From NCBI GenBank assembly GCA_964016885.1, contig OZ024757.1, positions 21,390,001 to 21,454,000 of the forward strand: a DNA stretch of 64,000 nucleotides, in the 5' to 3' direction. The stretch is from Eledone cirrhosa. Lineage: Eukaryota. Positions 36,777 to 48,940 of the stretch are shown here, one piece after another. A program made the translations under genes and the position numbers. Within the stretch, counting starts at the first letter, position 1; each line of letters opens with the position of its first letter. The notes beneath the pieces were generated by a model. It searched no databases. It worked only from the letters and a program-made list of their open reading frames with translations, and had not been told where the DNA came from.

Positions 36777-37270
36777 GTGGAGGTGTGTGGCCTAGTGGTA
36801 AGGGTGTTGGACTTACTATCATAATGGTGTGGGTTCAATTCCTGGACTGGGTGGTGTGTTATGTGGAGGTGTGTGGCCTAGTGGTAAGGGTGTTGGACTT
36901 ACTATCATAATATCATAGGTTCAATTCCTGGACTGGGTGGTGTGTTATGTGGAGGTGTGTGGCCTAGTGGTAAGGGTGTTGGACTTACTATCATAATGGT
37001 GTGGGTTCAATTCCTGGACTGGGTGGTGTGTTATGTGGAGGTGTGTGGCCTAGTGGTAAGGGTGTTGGACTTACTATCATAATATCATAGGTTCAATTCC
37101 TGGACTGGGTGGTGTGTTATGTGGAGGTGTGTGGCCTAGTGGTAAGGGTGTTGGACTTACTATCATAATGGTGTGGGTTCAATTCCTGGACTGGGTGGTG
37201 TGTTATGTGGAGGTGTGTGGCCTAGTGGTAAGGGTGTTGGACTTACAATCATAATATCATAGGTTCAACC
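36777..37270 (+). repeat. Tandem array of ~6 tRNA-like SINE heads (86-bp unit, two alternating variants)
   Basis: Each full unit has A box TGGCCTAGTGG and B box GGTTCAATTCC. Confidence 0.9.
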
Positions 37271-37294
37271 CCAGTATATATAGTCATGTAAATG

Positions 37295-37807
37295 TTATGT
37301 GAGATATGTGAGGTAAAGCCTTTACCATGGAAATACAATAGTATATATAGAGTAATGTGAATGCTATGTGAGATATTATGTGAGGTAAAGCCTTTACCAT
37401 GAAAATATAATAGTATATATAGAGTATTGTGAATGTTATGTGAGATATTATGTGAGGTAAAGCCTTTACCATGGAAATACAATAGTATATACAGAGTAAT
37501 GTGAATGCTATGTGAGATATTATGTGAGGTAAAGCCTTTACCATCAAAATATAATAGTATATATAGAGTATTGTGAATGTTATGTGAGATATTATGTGAG
37601 GTAAAGCCTTTACCATGGAAATACAATAGTATATACAGAGTAATGTGAATGCTATGTGAGATATTATGTGAGGTAAAGCCTTTACCATCAAAATACAATA
37701 GTATATATAGAGTAATGTAAATGTTATGTGAGATATTATGTGAGGTAAAGCCTTTACCATCAAAATACAATAGTATATATAGAGTAATGTGAATGCTAAA
37801 GGGTTAA
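37295..37807. repeat. 72-bp tandem repeat (~7 copies) of the subterminal region of the 5154 MITE family, ending in its TIR
   Basis: Array ends GAATGCTAAAGGG|TTAA, complementary to TTAA|CCCTTTAGCATT at 5150. Confidence 0.85.
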
Positions 37808-38460
37808 GTAAAATTTTAACAATCATCGGGTAGACATTAATGACAGGTAATCGTTGGAATGGTGATGACTTTTGGACGCTCTACCGATTCGTTTATGAAG
37901 AATAAGTGAAGTATTGACAGGAGGACTGAACCTCAAATATATCATTGGATCTGTTCTAGCAGAGTGGAATAGATTGATAGTGTCTGATGATTTACTGTGT
38001 GTGTGTGTATGTGTGTGTGTGTGTGTATGTGTGTGTGTATCTATATATGTATGTGTTTATGTATATATGCATGTGTTTATGTATAAGTGTATGTATGTGT
38101 TTATGTATGAGTGTATGTATGTGTGAATGTATGAGTGTATGTATGTGTGAATGTATGAGTGTATGTGAGTGTATGTATCTATAAATATATATGCATGTGT
38201 TTATGTATGAGTGTATGTATGTATGTGTGAATGTATGCATATACACATATATGATATATATATATACATGTATACACACATACATATAGACACACATACA
38301 TATAGACACACATACATATACACATATGTACACACATACATTATATACATGCATATATATATATATTTATATGTATACCTACAAATTATGTATGTATATA
38401 TATATGCACACACACACACAAATACAATTATATACACACTCTTAGATAGATATATAGACA

Positions 38461-39067
38461 TCTTTCTTTATTTGCCACACGGGCGTACAAAAAATGGGAC
38501 ATTACAAGACGTGATGGCCCGGGGGGGGGGGGGGGTTACATAAAATCTTTAACAATGATAAATAACAATAAACTATATATAAAAATAAAGCAATTGAAAT
38601 CCCCATTAGTGAGGGAGGAGGGGGTAACGCTACTGCGGGGGTGTTTTACACCTCGTGGATAGAACCCCCCCCCCCCCAACACCAGGAACATGTTTCGTAG
38701 GTGTTCCCCGTCTTCTCTCTGTTTATCTTCCTCAACCTACAGGTTTATATACAGAGAGATAGATAGATAGATGGATAGATAGATAGATGGATAGATAGAT
38801 AGATGGATAGATATGTTTCTTTATTAGCCACAGGGGCACAGAAGAAGGGGACAAATACAAAGGGGGAAGGTTACATACAATAAAAACATGTAAAATACTA
38901 TCACAAATGCAATTTAAAATTTAATCGATTTTCCCCAATAGGGGGAGACAGTTGATATGGGTAGATAGACAGATGGATATATATAGATATGTTTCTTTAT
39001 TAGCCACAGGGGCACAAAAGAAGGGGACGAATACAAAGGGGGAAGTTTACATACAATAAAAACATAC

Positions 39068-39100
<33 letters not shown>

Positions 39101-39637
39101 TATTTCTTTATTAGCCACAGGGGCACAAAAGAAGGGGACAAATACAAAGGGGGAAGTTTACATACAATAAAAACGTGTAAAATGTTATCACAGATGGAAT
39201 TTAAAAGTTAGTCGATTTTCCCCAATAGAGGGAGACAGTTTATATGGGTAACACATACCCCCGAAAAAAATGTGCAACCCTCATCTCCAGGAGTACGAAG
39301 AGCTTGTACTCCTTTCCTCTCCTCCTCCTTTTCCTCAATCTACAGGCTGATATAGAGAGAAGGCCCATTCACTCGGGCCATTCTCGCCACTTTCACCCAC
39401 CTTTCATAAAACTTGCTGGGGTACAGCACCTCTCTCTCCATCCTGATTCTTCTTCCAAAGTGGTATTTGAAAAAAAGAATCAGTTGTTGGCCGGAGAGAA
39501 AGGTGTCTGACCTCAGCCCTTTCAACCTTGTCCACCATACAACCTCTTTCGCCATAGCTATCACACAAAGGAAAACCGCCTCTCCTTCGTTTTTGAAGGA
39601 GGGTGGCGGTTTGATCATGACAATGGACTCGGTGGTC

Positions 39638-39685
<48 letters not shown>

Positions 39686-40165
39686 TTCCTTATTAGCCAC
39701 AGGGGCATACAAGAAAAGGGGACAATACAAAGACACATGCCGAGGATTTTACATACAGTCGTGTAAAAATATTGAAACAAACAATTATAACAATCGAAAT
39801 CCCCAATAGGGGGCAAGCGCCACTAATGGGTTGTTTAATACCCCGTAGATAGAACAACCCTCAACTCCAGGAGCGTGTTGTGCAAGTGCTCCTTTCTTTC
39901 TTTTGCTCTCTTCTTTAACCTACAGGCTTATATACAGAGAAGGCCCAATCACTTGGGTCATTTTCGCCACATTCACCCACCTTTCAGCGAATTTCCTGGG
40001 GTATAACACCTCTCTCTCCACTCTCACCTTCCTTCTGAAGTGGTACTTAAAGAAGGGGATGAGTTGTTGTCTGGAGAGAAAAGTGTCTGCCCTCAGTCCT
40101 TTTAACCTCGTCCACCATATTACCTCTTTCGCCGTAGCCACCAGACAGAGGAAGACGGTCTCTCT
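38461..40165 (-). mobile_element. Cluster of five 5'-truncated L1/Tx1-clade LINE 3' ends separated by (GATA)n/(GACA)n
   Basis: ORF2 C-termini AMAKEVVWWTRLKG..FYERWVKVARM (39340-39638) and TAKEVIWWTRLKG..FAERW (39920-40160); shared 3' end GTGCCCCTGTGGCTAATAAAGAAA. Confidence 0.75.
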
Positions 40166-40849
40166 GACAGACAGACAGACAGACAGACAGACAGATTAAT
40201 TATGATAAATGATTTAGTCTGAAACTAGAGGTTTACAGAAGGAAATTGGTCAATTATAATGTTTGTGTTTCTTCCTCTTCTTCTACCTCCTCCCCCTCCT
40301 CTTTACCCTCATCCTCCTCTCCTTTTCTACCCCCTCCTCCTCTTTACCTCCCTACCCTCCTCTCCTATCCCCATCTACCTCCTCCCCCTCCTCTTTACCC
40401 CCCATCTACCTCATACACCCTCCCCCTCCAGTATGTAAATTAATGACAATAGTTCTGCTCCAACAAAATGTTTAAAGCAAAACTGATCGTTATTGATTAT
40501 TGGTGATTATAGAACTGTGAAATTAGAAATCTATTTCCTTGGCCAACACCGCTCCAGCTGGAGCAGTGGTCTTCACATACGCACTCACTTATACACTGTT
40601 ACACACACACACACACACTCCTACACACTCACTTATACACCGTTACACACATACAAACACCTACACATACACTCCTACACACATACACACATACAAACAC
40701 CTACACATACACTCGTACACACTCCTACACACACACAGTCCTACACATACACAGTCCTGCACATACACAGTCCCACACATACACACATACAGTCCTGTAC
40801 ATACACACATACACAGTCCCACACACACAGTCCTACACACACACAGTCC

Positions 40850-40889
<40 letters not shown>

Positions 40890-41217
40890 CACACACACAG
40901 TCCTACACATACACACACACAGTCCTACACATACACACACACACAGTCCTACACAGACACACACAGTCCCACACATACACACACACAATCCCACACACAC
41001 ACATACACACACAGTCCCACACATACACACACATATGCACACACACAGTCCTACATACATACACACACACAGTCCCACACATACACACACATACGCATAC
41101 ACACACAGTCCCACACATACACACAGACTCACACATACACAAACAAAACAGGAGGAAATAGTCAACTGTCGGGAATTTTCAAAAAAAATAAGTAGGAAGT
41201 TGGTTAAAAGAATGATA

Positions 41218-42015
41218 TCTGATTTCGGCAGAAGGCCAACAACTTTGGGTGAAGTTGATTAAATCAAGCCCAGTGCATTACAGCTACTTTTCTTTAATGA
41301 GCCTGTGAAGATGAAAGCTAAAGGTAACCACACCTGGATTTGAAATCAGAACATAAATGACTGTAAACCTTTGCCACAAGGAATGGTGTTCGACGCTCTA
41401 CCGATACTGCCAATCCATAACCCTTAAAGTTGCTTAAAATAATTGTTTCTACTTTTGGCACTAGGCCAGCAATTATCCCCAGTGCATTACTGGTACTTTA
41501 TTTTATCGACCCCGTTGATAAAGGGATGAAAGCAAAGTTGACCTTGGCAGGAATTGAACTCAGATTGTAAAGGGCCGTAACTCTTTGCTGCAAAGCATGG
41601 CGTCCGACGTTCTACTGATACTGCCAATCCTAAAGTAATTGTTTCTACTTTTGGCACAAGGCCAGCAATTTCTCAGTACATTACTGGTACTTTATTTTAT
41701 CGACCCCGTTGATAAGGGGATGAAAGCAAAGTTGACCTCGGCAGGAATTGAACTCAGACTGTAAAGGGCCGTAACTCTTTGCTGCAAAGCATGGCGTCCG
41801 ACCTTCTACTGATACTGCCAATCCTAAAGTAATTGTTTCTACTTTTGGCACAAGGCCAGCAATTTCTCAGTACATTACTGGTACTTTATTTTATCGACCC
41901 TCGTAAGGATCAAAGGCAAAGTTAACCTTGGCGGGATTTGAACTCAGATCATAAAGGGACGTAACTATGCTTCAAAGCATGGCGTCCGACCCTCTACCGA
42001 TACTGCTGATCCTAA
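41218..42015 (-). mobile_element. Four head-to-tail family C SINEs (~190-bp period)
   Basis: Repeated AATTGTTTCTACTTTTGGCAC...GATACTGCCAATCC units. Confidence 0.9.
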
Positions 42016-42466
42016 AATAATGGCAGAAACTTACAAAACAAAAGAAAGGTCAAGGAATCTTTTGTTGGTTTACATCAGAGAAAATGATTTCTATGTTAGA
42101 CTAAGCTAAGAAAAGGCCTGATGTTATCAGATTCCTTTGATCCCTTCAGCATTCAAAATAAATCCAATCTCACAAACTTCTGAAATAGCAGGGTGTTATA
42201 GTTTGCATCAGAATAACCTAAGATATCCTCCTCTGACTTAGTTTACCCAACTTTTCTTTTAACGAAGAGATTCTAATACTGAAATATGCACTAATTAAAC
42301 ATCTCTAAGGTAACAATGCAACAACTCCATTGTTATTTAATAGGCAAGAACAGAACTAACCAACTCATGTTGAAAAAGAACAGATGTATGATGATGATGA
42401 TGGAAAGGGGAATGGAAATTGCAAACTAGATTTGTGGGGGAACTGAAGTGAAATATTTCTGCAAGG

Positions 42467-43003
42467 AATCAAATCCAAATAATGCAGTGAAAATGACTTC
42501 CTGACAGCCTTGGTCCCTGATGTCATCAGACAGGGAAAAAATATGTAGCAAAAACCATTAATAGATAGTAATAGGTTAAAGAAAGACTAAAATAAAAAAA
42601 TATAGGAGATACATCTCACTAGGTTGGGGTTTGTGTATATATGTGTGTGTGTGCGAAATTGCATGCAGGAAGGTAGCTGAAGAGGTAATGATGCAGTTGT
42701 TTGTTCATCTTATGTGCGCATTTTTCTGCTGATTATATATTTATATATATATATATACCTGCCACCTAGCCTACCATTCACACCCTTCTACTTTGACTGC
42801 TGGCCACGTGATGATTCTTAGCCATATTGAATTCATTTCTGGCGGCGATCACTGTAGAAATTTTAGTCCAAACTTGAGAGAGTCTCTTGATAAGCTCGAA
42901 ACCTCATGGATAATACCAGGATTGGACATATGGACAAAGTACAAGCGAAACTATCGATAGTCGGGACTAGAGGAATTTTGGTAAAGTTTATATGCATTTT
43001 TTC
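42467..43003 (+). repeat. ~535-bp direct repeat, copy 1 (hammerhead-bearing)
   Basis: Highly similar to 47122-47768. Confidence 0.9.
42881..42968 (+). ncRNA. Hammerhead-like motif (family H7) with variant core
   Basis: AGTCTC-TTGATAA-GCTCG...CAAGC-GAAAC-TATCGATA-GTC-GGGACT; stem I pairs; stem III is the perfect palindrome ACTATCGATAGT. Confidence 0.6.
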
Positions 43004-43265
43004 TTCAAACTTACATTTTAGACTTAGCTCCGTTTAATTGATTATTTGTCTAGTTAATTTCTACGGGCTAAGAGGAAAGACTGGGTAAATTTTATCTGAC
43101 TGTTACTCATGGGGAATAATCTGTGTCATTTATCTGTTATTTCTTCGAAGTTACATTTTAAACTTAGCTCCGTTTAAATTGATTATTTATCTAGTTGATT
43201 CCTACGGACTAGGGTGAAGAAAAATTGGGTATATTTTATCTAACTGTTCTTCAAACTTGCAATTT

Positions 43266-43361
<96 letters not shown>

Positions 43362-44291
43362 AAGATACTGAAGATATATATACATATAAATACCTGATAC
43401 CCTTTCTAATACAAACCACATTACAGTTTGGACTGGTTACTTTTTATTGCGGCACCAACATGACCTTTAACAGGGTGGACTGGGTATCTTTTGACATGTC
43501 AGCATCATGAACACCCATTGGTCACAAATGACTATAGGTTTAAACCTAGAAAGATCCTCTCTGAGGCACAAGCTAGGGCAAAGTGTTTTTGTGGAAGCGA
43601 TTACCAGCGATGTTGTCCAAGGGAAAAGGCAGCTTGACACCAGTGACATTACAACTCATTCCACAGCTGAGTAAACTGGAGCAATGTAAAATAAAGTGTC
43701 TTGCTCAAGAACACAACACACCACCAATTGAACAACTTTGTGATGGTGAACCCAACAGACAGAAACATCTTATATGTTACAAAACCATCTGAAACACCCC
43801 TGGTTCTACAATACAAAGCTGTTTATTTTAAAGTGCTTATATTTATCTAAAAATCTTCCATTATACTTTTATGTGAGAACTTTTAAATCATGTTCCAAAC
43901 AGTTACAGTGATACACCGATAACAATGAGAAAGTTATTTTAAATCCCTCCATTTTCTTGAGGATTTTCAAAATGATTTGACAACTATAAGCAGCGTCTTC
44001 CATGAGAAATATAGTAAAGAAAGGGTTAATAGGTTATCTTAAACTTGCCATACCATGTCTCAAAACAAGCAAACTCTGCCAAATTTGAGGAAGTGCAGTA
44101 CATTTTAAACAATTTGTTAAGTATCACTAACTCACAGGCCATCAGTTGCTTTTCAACATAACTCTCTGTGTATGTGTAACTGGGTGCTTGGATCTGTGTA
44201 TGTGTTTATGTATGGGTATGTGCGTGTATGTATGTGTAAATATGTGTGGTGTATATGTAGGTGTGTGAGAATATGTGTGCAAGTGACTGCA

Positions 44292-44324
<33 letters not shown>

Positions 44325-44328
<4 letters not shown>

Positions 44329-44512
44329 GAACGAGTGGGAACCCGACGGCTGAGCTCAAGCCGTGTCGACGGCTAATTCTGAATTAGCTGTCGAAACGGC
44401 TTGAGCTCAGCCGTCGGGGTCCCACTCGTTCCTATTACCCACTCTACTACCCTAAGTATTGAGTACTTTGGTGCGTTATGGTCCACCTGGTTCCTTACCA
44501 CATTTCCTTTGT

Positions 44513-44513
<1 letters not shown>
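44325..44513 (+). mobile_element. Near-perfect 111-bp palindrome plus 3' tail, between TA tracts (family H6)
   Basis: 44325-44435 is self-complementary; the right arm carries GAAAC-GGCTTGAGCTCAGCC-GTC. Confidence 0.75.
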
Positions 44514-44544
<31 letters not shown>

Positions 44545-44923
44545 GTGCAAATTTAGACAGGAACAAAACAGAGAGGCAGACATATATATATATATATATA
44601 TATATACTTACATATACACACAGCACACACCACATATACACACACGCACACATACATGTATATGTGTGTGTGTGTGACTCGAAACTTTGCTGACAATCCC
44701 ATGTTGTTCTGTCAAGACCTGCAGCTCACCAGTAATTACAACAATATCTTGCCTGTTTGTCTTGTCCCCAATCTTCCACTCCACATGACCGACAATATTA
44801 ATTTAACTGGCAAGCCATACCTACTTTTACTCTTAAATAACATTATCATATTCCTTTAGGGATATTCCATTTCTATAAATAGTGGGGAGGGGTGCGGCGG
44901 TTTCATGTCTTACTATGAATGTA

Positions 44924-45574
44924 TGAGGGTCAGTTGAAAAGTTTATGCACTGACTATGAAGGAGTGATGTTAGAGCTCTGAAATCTTGCATGCCTTAATT
45001 TCATCTCTTCTTATCAATTACTGCATTGTTTCTTTCCTGAGACTATGTTGAAAAATAAAAAAAATAAACCTCATTTGGTCATTCCATAAGAGTATCTTGG
45101 CCGTAAGCTGACTACGAAGGAGTGATGCTAGAGCTGTGAAATCTTGCATGCATTAATTTCATCTCTTCTTATCAATTACTGCATTGTTTCTTTCCAGAGA
45201 CTATGTTGAAAAATAAAAAAAAAATAAACCTCATTTGGTCATTCCATAAGAGTATCTTGGCCGTAAGCTGACTACGAAGGAGTGATGTTAGAGCTGTGAA
45301 ATCTTGCATGCATTAATTTCATCTCTTCTTATCAATTACTGCATTGTTTCTTTCCAGAGACTATGTTGAAAAATAAAAAAAAATAAACCTCATTTGGTCA
45401 TTCCATGAGAGTATCTTGGTCATAGGCTGACTATGAAGGAGTGATGCTAGAGCTGTGAAATCTTGCATGCATTAATTTCATCTCTTCTTATCAATTACTG
45501 CATTGTTTCTTTCCAGAGACTATGTTGAAAAATAAACCTCATTTGGTCATTCCATGAGAGTATCTTGGTCAGCT
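44924..45574. mobile_element. mariner-like MITE with its internal 160 bp amplified 4x, right TIR lost
   Basis: TA|TGAGGGTCAGTTGAAAAGT; CTGACTA(C/T)GAAGGAGTGATG recurs every ~160 bp. Confidence 0.85.
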
Positions 45575-45826
45575 AGCATTACTGGCTGCGTTGTATCTTC
45601 ATGTATATTGACATGTCTGGTCAGTCCACCGGCTGACTTGTAAATTGTGCTGCACTCATTGCAACTGTACCACAGGGGGCGTGGTGGTAGAACCATCTCA
45701 CAAGTGGCTTCATTACTCTCTCTCTCTCTATCGTCTGACTTTAAGTGGTTGACAAATCCAGCTCTTCATTGAAGAAATCACCCACATACATTGTACCTCC
45801 ATATATACGTATATCTACATATATAT

Positions 45827-46292
45827 GGAGGCACATTGCTTAGTGGTTAGAGCATTGGTCTTGCAATCAAAAGGTTGTGAGTTCAATTCTCAGACCGGGT
45901 GATGTGTTGTTTCCTTGAGCAAGACACTTTATTTCACATTGCTCCAGTTTACTCAGCTGTAGAAATGAGATGATAGGGACTGGGGTCCCTATCATTCCAC
46001 TGCAAAGTGGACGTGGAGGTGCCACGGCAAAAAAGCACCCAGCCCACACTGTAAAGTGGACGTAGGTGGAGGTGCCACGGCAAAAGAGCACCCAGTACTC
46101 ACTGTAAAGTGGACGTGTAGGTGCCACGGCAAAAAAGGCACCCAGCACTCACTGTAAATGAGGTTGGTATTAGGAAGGGCATCGAGCTGTAGAAATCAAG
46201 CCAGAATCATTTCCCGTCCCACCCAAGGGTGGGACGAGAACTGATTCTGGCAGGGAAAAGCGGACGTAAAATGATGATGATGATGATGATGA
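45827..46292 (+). mobile_element. Full-length family A SINE
   Basis: A/B boxes, (GAT)n tail; flanking CATACATTGTACCTCCATATAT..GTATATCTACATATAT is duplicated on both sides. Confidence 0.9.
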
Positions 46293-46404
46293 TACATATT
46301 CATGTCAATATACATACATTGTACCTCCATATATAAGTATATCTACATATATACATATAAATGTGAATACACATACATATCTATAAATGCGTATATATAT
46401 ATAT

Positions 46405-46695
46405 GTGTAAGCTGACCCTAAGTGTGTGTGTGTGTGTGTGTAAGCTGACCCTAAATGTGTGTGTGTGTGTGTATGTGTGTAAGCTGACCCTAAATGTGTG
46501 TGTGTGTATGTATGTGTGTAAGCTGACCCTAAATGTGTGTGTGTGTGTATGTGTGTGTGTAAGCTGACCCGAAGTGTGTGTGTGTAAGCTGACCCTAAAT
46601 GTGTCTGTGTGTGTGTAAGCTGACCCTAAATGTGTGTGTGTGTGTGTAAGCTGACCCTAAATGTGTGTGTGTGTGTGTAAGCTGACCCTAAACGT
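46405..46695. repeat. TAAGCTGACCCTAAAT motif repeated ~9x with variable (GT)n spacers
   Basis: Direct reading. Confidence 0.9.
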
Positions 46696-47121
46696 GTTGG
46701 AAGTGAATTGTTATGTGTTTCATGTCAGATTGAAAGAAAAAAGAAAAAGAAAAATGATTCACAAACAAACAAAAAAGACCCCCCACCCATTACCCCTGCC
46801 ATCATCAGAAGTGAAATAAGTTAAATGTTACCACATTTCTACAATATCATTTAACTCTTGATTCAACCTATTTCTGATCAGATTTCTAATGGAATAAATA
46901 CTACCACTCACTCCTCACTCGTGTGTTTGCCATTATGTGGAATATAATCAGGAAATTTGGCAGAATTCAGTATAAAATAACTGTGTTATTGTTAAGCTGA
47001 TGTATGGAATATAAGTTATAACAAAAGTAAGTTACTTTAAAGCAGTGGTATGGAATAAGGAGGACAGAGAGTATGACATCCCCCGGCTACAAGATCATGG
47101 CAGTCGTGTGGGCATCTAACC

Positions 47122-47768
47122 AATCAAATCCAAATAATGCAGTGAAAATTACTTCCTGACAGCCTTGGTCCCTGGTGGCATCAGACAGGGGAGAAATATG
47201 TAGCAAAAACCATTAATAGATAGTAATAGGTTAAAGAAAGACTAAAATAAAAAAAATAGGAGATACATCTCACTAGGTTGGGGTTTGTGTATAAATGTGT
47301 GTGCGAAATTGCATGCAAGAAGGTAGCTGAAGAGGTAATGATGCAGTTGTTTGTTCATCTTATGTGCGCATTTTTCTGCTGATTATTTATATATATATAT
47401 ATATATATATGCGAGCAAGACAACCACTCTTGCCTCAAGTGGGAAAACTCCCGTCCAAACCCATGCAAGCGTGGAACATGGACGTTAAACGATGATGATG
47501 ATGATGATGATGATGATATACCTGCCACCTGGCCTACCATTCACACCCTTCTACTTTGACCGCTGGCCACGTGATGATTCTTAGCCATATTGAATTCATT
47601 TCTGGCGGCAATCACTGTAGAAATTTTAGTCCAAACTTGAGAGAGTCTCTTGATAAGCTCGAAACCTCATGGATAATACCAGGATTGGACATATGGACAA
47701 AGTACAAGCGAAACTATCGATAGTCGGGACTAGAGGAATTTTGGTAAAGTTTATATGCATTTTTTCTT
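47122..47768 (+). repeat. ~535-bp direct repeat, copy 2, with a family B tail insertion (47411-47517) and second H7 motif (47644-47731)
   Basis: Alignment by eye to 42467-43003. Confidence 0.9.
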
Positions 47769-48116
47769 GCAAGGGTGGGACGGAAACTGATTCTGGCTTG
47801 ATTTCTACAGCTGGATGCCCTTCCTAACACCAACCTCATTCACAGTGAGTGCTGGGTGCTTTTTTTCCATGGCGCCTACACATGCACTTTATAGTGTGGG
47901 CTGGGTGCTTTTTTGCCATGGCACCTCCACGACCACTTTGCAGTGGAATGATATGGACCCCAGTCCCTATCATCTCATTTCTACAGCTGAGTAAACTGGA
48001 GCAATGTGAAATAAAGTGTCTTGCTCAAGGAAACAACACATCACCTGGTCTGAGAATTGATCTCACAACCTTTCGATTGCAAGGCCAATGCTCTAACCAC
48101 TAAGCCATGTGCCTCC
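47766..48116 (-). mobile_element. Family A SINE
   Basis: Identity to other copies. Confidence 0.9.
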
Positions 48117-48490
48117 ATGGTATATATATATATATACCCATCCAACTCTTGCTAACAGGGAAAGCAGCTGTTAAATGGTAACGATTGTGACAATAATGAA
48201 ACACTTTCAAAATGAACCATATTTGACCTATGATTATTTAATATCAGAGACTAATGAGTGACAGATGACTCAACCCCTGGTTAGCTTGACAGGGAATCTA
48301 TCATAGCCAACTTTAATTCCCAGAAGATCTGTTACTTATTCTTGCTAAGTAGATGAACAAGAAAGGAATTTAGTATCAACCATTTTAATAGGAAACAAAA
48401 CTGCCCCTGGTTCTGTCAAACAAAACTGTTTATTTTAAAAATGTTTATATTTATCTAAACCCATCTGTCATAATTTTATATAAGAAACTC

Positions 48491-48940
48491 ACCAACCAAC
48501 CAACCAGCCAGGTAGCCAAGCCGCCAACTAACCAGCCAGCCAACCAAGCAGCCAACCAACAAACCAACCAACCAGCCAGCCAACCAACCAACCAGCCAAC
48601 CAACAAACCAACCAACCAACCAGCCAACCAACCAGCCAGCCAGCCAATCAGCAAGCCAACCAACCAGTCAACCAGCCAGCCAACCAACCAAGCAGCCAGC
48701 CAACCAAGCAACCAGCCAACCAAGCAGCCAGCCAACAAACCAAGCAACCAGCCAACCAAGCTGCCAACCAACAAACCAACCAGCCAGCCAACCAACAAAC
48801 AAACCAGCCAGCCAACCAATCAGCCAGCCAACCAACAAACCAACCAACCAACCAGCCAGCCAACCAACCAATCAGCCAGCCAACCAATCAGCCAGCCAAC
48901 CAACCAACCAGCCAACCAACCAACCAGCCAGCCAACCAAC
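48491..48940. repeat. (CCAA/CCAG)n tetranucleotide tract
   Basis: Direct reading. Confidence 0.95.

Noticed and set aside
36777-37270. True tRNA gene cluster
   Set aside because: Units match SINE heads (compare 30395) and lack a proper acceptor stem and terminator.
46405-46695. Constant repeat with variable spacers (CRISPR-like)
   Set aside because: Spacers are only (GT)n length variants.
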